A DNA stretch of 64,000 nucleotides from Eledone cirrhosa (GCA_964016885.1 OZ024740.1:287618001-287682000); one strand, 5' to 3'. Positions 39,017 to 52,354 are shown, numbered from the stretch's first letter. A program made the numbers and translations. The notes: generated by a model not told the origin, from the letters alone.

Positions 39017-39478
39017 CTAGCAGAAAAACCACCCTTTGGGTGGTTTTCTGCTAGCATGTGTAGTGTGCATATTGATATATGCAAATATATATATGCATGT
39101 AGATATGATACATCAAATGAAATCATAATTGACAATATGCACAGAAATTGAAGAGAGACTGTGTTACACTCTCTTCCGTAATCAGTAAAGTAATCCATGA
39201 TACATTAAAAAAGATGATATTATATATAAACTGCATATATATTAAACTAAAATGTTATGAAAACGAAAAAGGAGAAAATTAGCGACAGAAATATAAACCA
39301 TATATAACGATGCAAATATACGAACGTTTATATAAGTGATGTGATAAGTGTTATGTTATAACGGACACTAACCGGAAATGTTGAAATTTGAATATTTTAA
39401 AGAAGTGAATCGTAAAATAAGCAATACTTTATATATAAGAACATTTATGTTTATTCAAGAGCTACAAAATTTAGTAGA
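39017..39478 (-). mobile_element. non-autonomous Helitron, relative of 62314-62863
   Basis: Terminal palindrome CTAGCAGAAAAACCACCCTTTGGGTGGTTTTCTGCTAG; 39240-39340 matches the reverse complement of about 62557-62665; putative A|TCTACT start at 39478. Confidence 0.7.
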
Positions 39479-39931
39479 TAAATTACATAATATTCATTCA
39501 TTATTTATTCAAAGTAAGTCCCGCCGAGGTTAACTTTGCCTTTCATCCTTACGGGGTGGATAAAATAAAGTACCAGTAAAGGACTGGGTAATTGCTGGCC
39601 TTGTGCCAAAATTAGAAACAATTATTTATTCAAAATAATCCAACTTATTTTACTAACGGGATAAAAAAATATATTCAGGACACAGTTCCGCACTCCTTAC
39701 TTTATTATATAATTTCTATTTCATTTTTCAAACCAACACTAAATGGCCATAGATATGGCTGTGTTGTAAAGAAGTACACTTCACATCCAAGTGACTTTCG
39801 TATTTGAAGACGTGAAGAATTTGGTACATGGAAACTATGCAGCAGCCCATTGTTTATGTGTGTGCATGCACGAGTGTGTGTGTGTGTGCATTTTGAAAAA
39901 TAAACTTCTTATTGTAGTGTTTTGTCTTTCA

Positions 39932-40160
39932 TTATCATCATCATCACCGTTTAATGTCCATTTTTCATGCTAGCATGGGTTAAACAGGTTGTCCTATTAG
40001 AGGTAAGTTTGGTCAGGTGACCATGTCTTGCTCATATAGGACTGTTTCTGGCCATATTTCTACAGCTGGATGCCCTTCCTAACACCAACTACATTTACAG
40101 AGTGGGCTGGGTGCTTTTTGTCATGACACCTAAACGACCACTTTACAGTGTGGGCTGGAT
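39932..40160 (-). mobile_element. RTE 3' UTR fragment
   Basis: Conserved tail motif and 48-bp repeat units. Confidence 0.8.
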
Positions 40161-41188
40161 GTTTATCGATGTGTATTAGCAAAAAATATAAACATCAACA
40201 AGACAACCTTTGAAAGAAGTCCATTGTGATATTTGTTCTGCACCCTTGTTACTTTTGCTATCACGAATGCACTGAACCTTTTATTGGTCGTTTGGAAACA
40301 TATACCTAACAATGCTATTGTTTACCAAGTGTACTGTAAGCAAATTTATTAAACAAGCAAACAATCAAATAAATAGATAAGTAAATAAACAAACATGATT
40401 TATATTTAGCCAGAACTGAAACCACCAAAAATTCCCAGAGAAATTTTAGCTGAACATCAACAACATTAATTGCATTGGTCAGCAAAGGTTGAAAAATGTT
40501 ATAGCACAATACTGTACCTCTCCAGACTAAAAGTAAACCCTACTCCTATGCAAAAGCTACATTTATATCCTTAGACACATTCAAAATTCCTTATCTAAGT
40601 ATATACATGAAGGACATAGAAGTTCTGGATTGATTTAATAAGCTGTCATGGAGTAAGCTCTTCTTTGCTACAAAGACTTTACTTTTTTATCTTTTATAGC
40701 TTGCCATACCAACAGTAAATGAAATATCATTCCTGGATTAATCCTTGTACACTTGGGTTTCTTGCAAGGTAGCAATATAGAAGTACATGTGCTGACATAT
40801 TTATTGCTTGATATAACTGTTTTCTTTACATTGCCCTTGATAAGCTTATATTATATATTGGTAACAGATTTTCTTTTTAAACTGTACAATTAAGTAAGTA
40901 ATTGTCAATAAAAATTAGAAATTATAAAAAGAAGTAGATTTAAATAAACAAAATTGAAACATTTTTATATTATATGAAACAGTTTTTTTGCTGTTTTATT
41001 TTGCCTTTGAAAGAGTATATTAACCATAATAATACATGATGTGTGTTTGTGTGTATGTATGTAGAAAAGAGAGGATAACAGGGCTCTGATTCCCTCAGGA
41101 AAATTGCCTTGTTAAGTGTACAAGAAAGGAGTAGGTAGAAACTCCATCCTATGCCCCAAATATAAACTATGGATACACAAGAAATGTA

Positions 41189-42082
41189 GTGGGATCTCAG
41201 AACGCAGGTTTTGTATGTGGTCATTGCACAGATGCAGTAAATAGCAACAGCCCACAGAATAGTAACTCCTTTAAATGCCCTGAGTGCTCAGTGGAAGTAG
41301 TTGATAGTGTCCGTTACCTGGGTTACCTCATTAGCAGTGGAGGTGGATGTTCCAAAAGTACTGTAGCTAGAGTGAGAAAGGGATGGAGAAAGTTCGGGGA
41401 GCTACAACCGCTGCTAGGCATAGGTTTTTCCCTTAAATGAAGGGCAGATTGTATGATGTGTGTATACAAACAACAATGTTGAAGAAAGACCTAGGAGGAC
41501 TTGGGGTGAGGTTCTAAAAGCTGACCTTGCACAATTGCACCTCTTGAAAGCAAGGACACAGGATCAAGATCTCTGGTGTTATGAAGTAATACAGAAGACT
41601 TGCCTTTCCATGTTCATAGTTTGTAGCATACATCTTGAACGCACTATTTTCCCAATCCCCCATCCATACAGCTCCATGCCCTAACAACCCTACCCTGTCC
41701 ACGTCCCTCTCCCTCTTGCACCTTCCATGTCCTGACACTCCACCCATGCCTGAACACCCTGCCTCTTCACACATGCCCCTAGATCTACCTCCATGCCCCC
41801 AAGTCCCCAGCCCACACTTTAAAGTAGTTGTGATGGTGACACAACAAAAAAACGCCCAGCCCACACTGTAAAGTGGACATGTAGGTGACATGACCAAAAG
41901 CCCCCAACCCACACTGTAAAGTGGTCATGTAAGTATCACAACAAAAAGCACCCAGCCCACACTGTAAAGTGGTCATGTCGGTTTCACGACAAAAATTCCC
42001 CAGCATCCACTGTAAATGTGGTTGGTGTTAGGAAGGGCATCCAGCAGTAGAAACCAAGCCAAAACCAGTCCTGGATGAGCAA
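41189..42082 (+). mobile_element. degraded, internally deleted RTE (PHD-type) fragment
   Basis: VEVVDSVRYLGYLISSGGGCS...; UTR with about 4 repeat units. Confidence 0.85.
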
Positions 42083-43779
42083 CTAATAATGAAATACTGC
42101 AATACATTTTATCAGATACATTAATGATTCTGCCAATCTACTAGTAAAATAATACAAACAGTAAAAACAAAAACAAAAAAAAAACCAACATACTTTCGCT
42201 TTGAAATCAAGAATTAACATAGTAGGTATGCACACACACACACACATATATATACACATACACATATATGTATGTACAGTCTCTTCTGTTTTTCTCCTTT
42301 AAATTTCTCTAGTAAAGAACAAAGTTATTTTCCAAATGAAAAAAAAACAAGGTTCCTTGGATAATGTTGGGAGTTACAACTGGAATTGCTTTGATCATAG
42401 ATCATCAAAAGCTACATATATTAATATTACGTATATTCTATATTATATTCTATCTATACCACACATACCATATAGAAAGACATTAGATAATATAGTTCTT
42501 GATAAAAATGTTATGGTAAAAGGCCTTCAACTCCCCAGTGTGTCTTGAGCAAGGAGGAACACAGCCAATTTCTTCCAGAGAAAGAAAGATAAAAAAGGAA
42601 TTGATTCCAGTACTGGACTGTCATTTTAGTGAACTTGAAAAGGTGAAAGGCAAAATTGACCTCGGTGGAAATTTCAACTCAAAGCACAGTCCACCACAAT
42701 AAATCTTGAGACATTTTTAATCCAACATCCTAATGACTTTGTAGCAAAATCTCTTCACTCACTGACCCCTGGATGGCACCTAGTTATTATTTTCTCTGTT
42801 ATCCGGATTGACCTCAGTTTGTCTGGAGTGGTAGGTTAGCTTCAAGTGAAGAGAAAATAACTTCTTTCAGTTAGTCTATTCTGGGCCCTTGCAAGAGACA
42901 CATCAAATTGACTTGCTTAAGTAACTAGCAAGGTGTAACACTTAACAAAAAAACTTTGGCCCTCTTAATAAAGGCCCAGCAACATTCTTCCATCTGCATT
43001 TCAACTCATCAATGAAGTTTTAGAATCAAGGAATCAGAGCGATATAATTGCAAGCAATACCTCTTGCCTGCCTGTGGACGGGGCCACTAGAAATAGCAGC
43101 CAACCACTTCTACAAGGATGTTAACTTGTATTACTGCACACATGCATTCATCCTACCTAAACATAGCTCACACACATTCCTCGTGCAACACAAATTCTTT
43201 CCTCATTGTTTGTTGTTCATATCTTTTGACTATAACAAAATGTTAATTCATATGTTTCCATCATGAAATACTTCACAATAAATCTCATATAAAAGTTGGT
43301 GGTGTTTTTTATCTTCTTCCATAAACCTAGCAATATGATCGGGGAAACCACTTTCCCCATGGATAAAACACATTCACTTTCCAACAGATGTACACATTGG
43401 TTACCTACCGCAATTATCTACAACTAATACACATCATCATCATCATTTACTCTTCTACTACAGTGAGAACTACCATTCACAACCACATGCAAACCTACCA
43501 TTACAACTCTGCAAATTTGACACTTTTTAGTTCTAGTATACTGTATAAAAAATGATGAGATGGTCAAGAGTGGAATGTCGTTGATCAGAGATTTTCTAGT
43601 TCAGTTTGATTTGGAGCTAAACAAGATACATTCTATGAACTTTAGATGGCGCCAAGTTGATTTGATAATTTTTGAATATTTGAAATGTCTTGATAAATTT
43701 TTACTATCTTGATTAGAGAAAAGTACATGTGTCCTGTCAATGTTTATGTACCACTTTCTTCTCTTGCATCCATGTATAT

Positions 43780-44222
<443 letters not shown>

Positions 44223-44329
44223 ATGATGGCTGCCCCCTCGTTATCGAGTATGGCCATTGCACAATAAAAAAAAAAATAAATAAATAAAAAATAAAAATAA
44301 AAAATAATAATAATAATAATAATAAATAA

Positions 44330-44361
<32 letters not shown>

Positions 44362-46105
44362 GGAAAAGATATATATATATATATATACACACATATATAT
44401 ACATATATATATACATACACATACATATACACACACATACATATACATACATATATACACACACACATACATACACATACACTCACACATATATACACAC
44501 ATACATTAATAACAATAATAATAATAATAATAATAATAATAGCAATAATAATAATAACGACAACAACAATAATAATATACATATTCATATATATATACAC
44601 ACACACGCACGCACATAAGCATATCTACACACACACACACACAAACACACGATAGCAACTAGCAGTGCTGCGATCGAATGTGGCTTTTTAGCCCAGCCAA
44701 TGATCTAAAATGTCTTGCACAGAGTCGGCAACCAAAACATTTACTGGGAATAGTCGGCTGTGGTTGGAGTTCGTGTACTTTTGCATGTCGCTTGAGTCCT
44801 CCTGCTGATTTACATTCTCTACCACATGTTTGGCAAGCATGATGAGTAGCATCTCCAACAGCAGCCTGGTAGTCAACCACTGGTCTTACTTTATGACTGC
44901 GAAGATGACTTTCGAGTCCAGCTTTGCTTAGGCAGAGTCTCGCACAGACGCTGCATGTCAGAAACATAGGAGGACCCTCGCCGTCTGGAAGTGCAACAGC
45001 AATACCCTTCCTCACGTCCCGCTTTACTTTCTCGTGTGCGATTCGAGATGCCTCAAAGGCAACTTTTCCCTCATATACAGTCTTTCTCCATTTATTACGA
45101 TCAGCAGCAATATTTTCCCATGTATCAGCAGAGATGTTAGCGTCTTTCAGAGAGGCTTTCAAGGAATCCTTATACCTCTTTTTTGGTTTATGTGGCGGTC
45201 GTTTTCCTTTAACCAACTCTCCATAGAAGAGTTGTTTTGGTATTCTAGAATCCTTCATCCTGGCAAGGTGACCACTCCAACGGAGTCGCTGCTTAAGCAC
45301 AAGAGCTTCTATACTGTCACACATAGAGCTTTCCAAAATCTCGACATCACTGATGTGGTCCCTCCAGTGAACGCCATGTATCCGTCTGAGACACATCTGA
45401 TGGAAACGCTCCAATTGCTTAAGGTGGCGTCGATATGTGACCCAGGTCTCGCAGGCATAAAGAAGACAAGAGAGTACACATGCCCTGTACACCCTTACCT
45501 TTGTCCTCCTGCATATGTCTCGCCGACCCCAGAGTCGCCTTTCTAGCTTTCCGAAAGCATCACTTGCTTTCCTAATCCTAAGTGAGATTTCACCGTCAAG
45601 GTTGCCGTATCGATTGACAGTGCTTCCCAGGTAGACAAACTGATCAACCACTCCAAGTCGTTTGCCATACACATAGATGTTTGGTTCAGTGTACTGCCCA
45701 CCAGGTGCAGGTTGGTACATGACGACGGTTTTCTTGAGACTGACAGTCAAACCCAGGGCAGTGCAAGCGTCAGAAAATACATTCAAAATGTGCTGCATAT
45801 CACTCTCTGTGTGCGCTACAAGATCGCAATCATCTGCATACAAGAGGTCTCTTATGACTGATGTAAATACTTTTGTCTTCGCAGCAAAGCGCCTGATGTT
45901 AAATATGCTGCCTGAGGTTCGATATCGGATGTAAACACCATGCTCGCAATTCCTGAATGCAATACAGAAAACCATTGCAAAGTATATGGCAAACAGGGTC
46001 GGTGCTGGAATATCCCCCTGCTTCACTCCATTTTTTACTGAGATAGGCTCCGACATGTTACCTCCGACATTAACCCAAGCCTTCATGTCGTCATGGAAAG
46101 ACCTA
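44223..46105 (-). mobile_element. BovB/RTE-like LINE, 5'-truncated
   Basis: Open RT C-terminal half plus microsatellite UTR and conserved terminal motif. Confidence 0.92.
44659..46105 (-). CDS. LINE reverse transcriptase (partial) with three C-terminal C2H2 zinc fingers
   Basis: GVKQGDIPAP, LLYADDCDL, FVYLGS, RLRWSGHLARMKDSRIPKQLFYGEL; CSVC..H..H, CQTC..H..H, CRLC..H..H; the ORF-track N-terminus is microsatellite. Confidence 0.9.
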
Positions 46106-46118
46106 ACATATACATACA

Positions 46119-46154
<36 letters not shown>

Positions 46155-46185
46155 TATATATAAATGAAAGGTATAGAAAATATTA

Positions 46186-48496
46186 AAAAAGATATAAGCA
46201 TGTTCTACAACGCGAGGACCAAAAACGTGAGGTGTTCAGGATTGCTAGGCAATGCGTCAAGGAAAACCGTGATATTGTCGGGGAGAAGTGTGTACTAAAC
46301 GACGATGGCGTCCTTGCCATCACCGACGCTGATAAGAAGGTAGCATGGAACTGTCACTATGAAAGGCTACTAAATGAGGAGAATAAATGGGAGAAAGACA
46401 GTCTCCCCCATATCGACCCAATAGAGGGACCAGCAGTGTTAGTCGAGGGGAGTATAATAAGTAAGGCAATCAAGGATATGAAGACGGGTAAGGCGGCTGG
46501 GCCTTCGGAAATAGTTGCTGAGATGCTGAAGGCATCTGGCACGGTGGGACACACCATGGTCACCCACATAGTTAACCAAGTCGTACAGAATGGGGTTGTT
46601 CCGAAGGACTGGCATAGCAGCATCATCGTTAACTGTTATAAGGGTAAAGGAGACGCCCTAGATAGGAGTAACTATAGAGGCATTAAATTAATCGACCAGG
46701 TCATGAAGGTCACGGAAAAAGTAATAGCGCAACTAATCAGAGAGAGAATTGACCTAGATGAAATGCAGTTCGGGTTTGTGTCAGGCAAAAGTACCACAGA
46801 CGCTCTTTTCATAGTACGACAACTACAGGAGAAGTACCTAGCTAAAGGTAAACCCCTCTACTTAGCTTTTGTCGACTTGGAGAAAGCCTTCGACAGAGTC
46901 CCCCGCTCCATTATCTGGTGGGCTCTTAGAAAACTAGGCGTTGACGAATGGGTTGTGAGGGCTATACAAGCCATGTATAAAGAAACAGTCAGCAAGGTTA
47001 GAATTAACAACGAATATAGTGAAGAGTTTAGCGTAAAAGTTGGCGTCCATCAGGGCTCTGTTCTCAGCCCCCTACTATTTATTATTGCCCTTCAGGCTAT
47101 AACAGAGGAGTTCAAGACAGGCTGCCCATGGGAACTCCTATACGCAGACGACCTGACACTCATAGCGGAATCAATAGCCGAGCTAGAGAAGAAATTCCAA
47201 ACATGGAAGCACGGCCTAGAGTCAAAAGGACTTAAAATTAACCTGGCTAAGACCAAAGTACTAGTTTGTAGGAAAGAAAACAAGGTGGCGGTCCCTTCTG
47301 GGAAATGGTCGTGCTCGGTGTGTAGGAATGGCGTAGGTAGAAACTCCATTTTATGTCCTAAATGCAAAGTATGGGTGCATAAAAGATGTAGTGGGATCAC
47401 AGGTAAGCTAACTAAGAACATAGATTTTACATGTGGCCGGTGTTCTGGTGCAATAAGTAGCAGCAAGTGCCCACAAAATACTAGCTCTTTCAATTGCGCA
47501 GAGGGTTCTATAGAAATAGTGGACAGCTTCCGTTATCTGGGCGATAAAATCAGCAGTGGGGGAGGGTGCTCTGAAAGTACTGTAGCTAGAGTCAGAACTG
47601 GTTGGAAAAAGTTCAGAGAGCTTATACCACTATTAGCTGCTAAAGGGTTCTCCCTAAAAATGAAAGGCAGGTTGTACGATGCCTGCATACGAACAGCAAT
47701 GCTGCATGGCAGTGAGACCTGGGCATTGTGTGCAGAGGATATACGCAGACTAGAGAGGAACGAAGCTTGCATGCTCCGCTGGATGTGTAACAGTAATATA
47801 CGTGAACGGCAAAGCATAAACGAACTAAGGAAAAAATTAGAGATAAGAGGGATCAGATGTTGTTTACTCGAGAGAAGGTTACGTTGGTATGGACACGTGA
47901 TGCGCATGAAAGTCGATAGCTGTATAACAAAGTGCAGGGCAATAAAGATAGACGGTAGTCACGGAATAGGCAGACCTAGAAAAACCTGGGACGAGCTGAT
48001 AAACTCCGACATCACACACTTACACCTCTCCAAGACAATGTCACTGGACCGAGACCTTTGGCGGTACTCAGTAACAGAGAAGACCCGCCTTACCTAAATA
48101 TATAGTAAAACCTACTCCAGCCAGTAGGCATCTCTAACAAAATACACCCCGTCCCACCACCACCACCCCCACCCCATCCACACCACCCCGTTCTATGTAA
48201 AGTTATGTTGGTGCCGCGCCATCGAGGCCGAAACAAATGAGATCGTGTAGGTGTCACGACAAAAAAACACATAGTCCACGCTGTAATGTGGCCGTGTAGG
48301 CAACACGGTAAAAACCTCCCAGACCCACACTGTAAATGTGGTTGGTGTTAGGAAGGGCATCCAACTGTAGAAAACCTGCCAGACAGTCCTATGCGAGCAA
48401 GACAATCACTCTTGCCTCAAGTGGGACTACCCCCGTCCAAACCCATGCAAGCGTGGAACACGGACGTTAAACGTTGATGATGATGATGATGATGAT
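46186..48496 (+). mobile_element. RTE (PHD-type) LINE, 5'-truncated, uninterrupted reading frame
   Basis: Continuous ORF, 3' UTR repeats, conserved tail, (GAT)n; flanked by TA-rich microsatellite. Confidence 0.95.
46232..48097 (+). CDS. LINE reverse transcriptase with PHD-like C4HC3 insertion; APE domain lost by truncation
   Basis: NYRGIKL, QFGF, FVDLEKAFD, GVHQGSVLSP, YADD, FRYLG; CSVC..CPKC..HKRC..CGRC. Confidence 0.92.
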   Translation: MFRIARQCVKENRDIVGEKCVLNDDGVLAITDADKKVAWNCHYERLLNEENKWEKDSLPHIDPIEGPAVLVEGSIISKAIKDMKTGKAAGPSEIVAEMLKASGTVGHTMVTHIVNQVVQNGVVPKDWHSSIIVNCYKGKGDALDRSNYRGIKLIDQVMKVTEKVIAQLIRERIDLDEMQFGFVSGKSTTDALFIVRQLQEKYLAKGKPLYLAFVDLEKAFDRVPRSIIWWALRKLGVDEWVVRAIQAMYKETVSKVRINNEYSEEFSVKVGVHQGSVLSPLLFIIALQAITEEFKTGCPWELLYADDLTLIAESIAELEKKFQTWKHGLESKGLKINLAKTKVLVCRKENKVAVPSGKWSCSVCRNGVGRNSILCPKCKVWVHKRCSGITGKLTKNIDFTCGRCSGAISSSKCPQNTSSFNCAEGSIEIVDSFRYLGDKISSGGGCSESTVARVRTGWKKFRELIPLLAAKGFSLKMKGRLYDACIRTAMLHGSETWALCAEDIRRLERNEACMLRWMCNSNIRERQSINELRKKLEIRGIRCCLLERRLRWYGHVMRMKVDSCITKCRAIKIDGSHGIGRPRKTWDELINSDITHLHLSKTMSLDRDLWRYSVTEKTRLT

Positions 48497-48671
48497 ATAC
48501 ATATACATATACATATATATCTTTGTTAATATTTTGAATTAATATTAATAACTCTGGAAAACCAATTCTGTTGAGTGCTTCCAATCTATTGTAAAACTCA
48601 TTCTATGATTTATTCATTGAACATTGTTTAACCTTTAAATATATATATAAATATATTAAATATATATATAG

Positions 48672-49550
48672 CTATATCCAAAATTAAGATAATCAAAATT
48701 ATGGGTGTCATGCCAGAAAGACATGCGCCATATCACCCGCAAAATAAGCTCTAAGATTCTAACGAATAGGTCCGAGCATTTTATAATAACTAGAAATTGA
48801 TTAACATATAAACAAACATGAATAATCACAGGAGATAATTTTTACAAGTGTGTAAGCACACATAGCTAGGTAGGTAACTAAATAAAGTTAACCAGAACTT
48901 CAAAAATAGATACCTTATAATATGATTAATCTTCCCTGCAGGGAAGATTAATCATGTGATTATTCATGTTTATTTATATGTTAATCAATTTCTAGTTATT
49001 ATAAAATGCTCGGACCTATTCGTTAGAATCTTAGAGCTTATTTTGCGGGTGATATGGCGCATGTCTTTCTGGCATGACACCCATAATTTTGATTATCTTA
49101 ATTTTGGATATAGATATATAAATACGGCTCCTTAATTGTAGAGTTAACTCTGTTGAAAGGATTTGACTGCTGTTTCTAGTTGTCGATAACCCTATTCACG
49201 CCACTGTGACAAAGCTGGTATGATGTGTGTATTTCTAGTAGATACAGCACGTGTTGCTGGCCAGTCGCTGATTTGAACTTGAAGTGTAAACATAGATCGC
49301 TGGACTTCTTCCTTGTTGAAAATCCAAGTACCGGCCTCCATGGTTTACCATTCGATTAATTGGTGAAATATATTTCTTTAATGGAATATATACAGGGAAG
49401 ATTAATCATATTATAAGGTATCTATTTTTGAAGTTCTGGTTAACTTTATTTAGTTACCTACCTAGCTATGTGTGCTTACACACTTGTAAAAATTATCTCC
49501 TGTGATTATTCATGTTTATTTATATGTTAATCAATTTCTGTTATTATAAA
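48672..49550. repeat. compound inverted-repeat element (Penelope-like remnant?)
   Basis: 48672-48830 inverted at 48955-49113; 48780-48938 inverted at 49393-49550; central palindrome 48922-48955. Confidence 0.8.
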
Positions 49551-49555
49551 TATAT

Positions 49556-49963
49556 ATATATTAATAAAAGGAATTCCAACTTTGTCTGATTTACTCGTTT
49601 TATTTACAATCCTTTAAAATTTATAATGGTATTAGAATGAAATAGTATGGTAGAATATTAAATATTAAGTGTTAATTGAACAAGTACTTTCATGCTTTCG
49701 CAATCTTCAGGTTTATATTCTGTGGTGACAGTCAAGTTTGCAATTTTCAACTGTTGAAATTTTCACAGTTGAAAATTGCAAACTTGACTGTCACCACAGA
49801 ATATAAACCTGAAGATTGCGAAAGCATGAAAGTACTTGTTCAATTAACACTTAATATTTAATATTCTACCATACTATTTCATTCTAATACCATTATAAAT
49901 TTTAAAGGATTGTAAATAAAACGAGTAAATCAGACAAAGTTGGAATTCCTTTTATTAATATAA
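49556..49963. repeat. about 200-bp-arm palindrome with 10-nt spacer
   Basis: 49561-49754 is the reverse complement of 49765-49958, extending into flanking TATA. Confidence 0.92.
49806..49840 (+). ncRNA. minimal hammerhead-like motif (mirror copy on minus strand at 49679-49713)
   Basis: AAC-CTGAAGA-T-TGC(GAAA)GCA-T-GAAA-GTAC-TT-GTT; stems short. Confidence 0.55.
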
Positions 49964-50040
49964 TCTTCTATACACACTCATACACACCCGTGTATATTTA
50001 TTTATATATATATATCTACATCTATATATATATATATATA

Positions 50041-50109
<69 letters not shown>

Positions 50110-50125
50110 CATATATACATATATG

Positions 50126-50176
<51 letters not shown>

Positions 50177-50689
50177 TTGTGTGTGTGTGTGTATTTATGT
50201 ATGAATATTTGTATACATGCATATATATATATAAATGTAAATATTTATATGCATGTATACAAATATCCATACATAAATACACACACACACAAATACACTT
50301 ATATACCTACATACATATGTATGCATGTATGTTTGTGTGTGCAGGTATGTTGTAATATCAATTAATTTTTATGTCATCCACAGAGAGCACCCTAAGTTGA
50401 TGACCTTAAACTGTGTAATCTTCTATTTAGCTCCGCTACAAGCTAGATTCTGTCTAACTCCATGATATCATCTCCCAAAGGAACAAGATATTTTAGAGCC
50501 AGACAGTATCTATCTTATGGGTTTCACTAGCACCACTTGATAGCTTTGTGTTATGTTTCAATGTATATATTTATCTATGTGACTAAGTATGTGTGTGTAT
50601 GAATGTATGTGTGAATGTATGTTTGCATGTCAGTATATATATATATCAAGGAAAACAGATGTTAAATGAAAGAAAATTACATTCATATA

Positions 50690-51115
50690 TACACATATAG
50701 CTATGGTGTTGCACAGAAATAAGACATAGGCATTAAATGCAAAGGATGTGCGAAAGTTAAAAAGAAATGAGGTATGCATAATGTACAATTTTAATGTGCA
50801 TGAATGACATAGAATAACGGAGTTAAAGAAAAAACTAGGCTTAAGAGGAATCAAATGTGTAAGGGAGAAGGTTGCGCTGGTATGGACACATGATGTGTAT
50901 GGATGATGCCTGTTAGGTGAAGGCATGCTAGCAACTCCAAGCAAAAGGCAGTTATGGAAGAGGAAGACCAAGAAAGACTTAGGCAGATGTGATGAGAGCC
51001 AATATCAGGGGCTAAACCTCAGAGTAGATAATAAAGGAACATGTCAGGTAGAGGCAAGCTGTGCTGTGCTATCCAGCCCATACAAGCACGGAAAAGCAGT
51101 CATAAAACTGATGGT
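50690..51115 (+). mobile_element. old RTE LINE 3' fragment
   Basis: Degenerate ELKKKLGLRGIKC and RLRWYGH coding remnants. Confidence 0.7.
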
Positions 51116-51591
51116 GTGTGTGTGTATGCATATTCGTGTGTTGTAACTGATTTCTATGAAATAAAACTTTGTCACTGAAAAGAAGAATTACTGACACACT
51201 GAATCTACAGAATGAGTATTAAATGGTTACTTTCTTCTTTATCTTGAAACACCATATTTTTCATACAACTACTTAAACACTTGTTAACATAATTAAGTGC
51301 ACCGGTGATTATTGTTAATAAATGTAAATTTATAATGAGGGTAGAGAAGTTGTAGGTTTCTCAGCACTTGTCAATTAAAGTTCTTTTTTGTAGTAATTGT
51401 GAATGAAATGTTCACATTAGTTGGACAGCTGCTCTCCACATCAGTACACAATCTTTCCTTTTCTGTTTAAGCAACTATTTGAAAACTGTTGTATTTATTG
51501 GGTCTGTTGATGAGAATGTTCCACAAATATCTTATATGTTAGGATGTATTAACTCTTCTGTTGCCATATTTCTAATGAAATACATAATATT

Positions 51592-51840
51592 TCATCATCA
51601 TTGTTTAACGTCTATTTTTCCATGCTAGCATGGGTTAGACAGGTTTGTCCCATTGGAGGCAAGTTGGGTCGGATGACCATGTCTCACTCATATAGGACTG
51701 CTTCTGGCTGGTATTCTATGGTTGGATGTCCTTCCTAACACCAACCACATTGACAGTGTGTGCTGGGTGCTTTTTGCTATATCTCCTATATGACCACTTT
51801 ACAGTGTGGGCTGGATGTTTTGTGATATCAACATAACTTT
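51592..51840 (-). mobile_element. RTE 3' UTR fragment
   Basis: Conserved tail motif and repeat units. Confidence 0.8.
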
Positions 51841-52354
51841 ACAGAGTAAGTAAATGAATTAATGAAAAACTTGGATGGATTTACTAAAATTTTCATTTCA
51901 ATATTAAGGTATTATTTGTAACATAACAAAAAGTCCTTATATCAAATTATGGAAGATTTTAATTTAAATAGAAATCCTCTAAAATGGATAGGTTTGTTTC
52001 ATAGAACCAGAGTCTGATTTTGGTAGGTTGGTATCAACACCAAATATTTTTGTATTTATTCCTGAGCAATCCTTCCTACTTATGACATTATGTATGTATA
52101 TATATGTATGCACATATGTATTTATGTATGTACAGATGTATGTATGTATGTATGTATGTATGTATGTATGTAGTTTCTAATAAAGAAAAAAAAGACCGCC
52201 ATTGCTAAAATATAAATAACAACTGTGAAGTGTTACAGGTTGAATTGTGGAAAAGCTGGTATATGTGGAAAAGCCTGGTATATTCTACTTACAGTTTGTT
52301 GATGTAGAGTGTGTTAGCAAGTCACTTTCTTTCTCAGAAAACCATACTTTTTCA

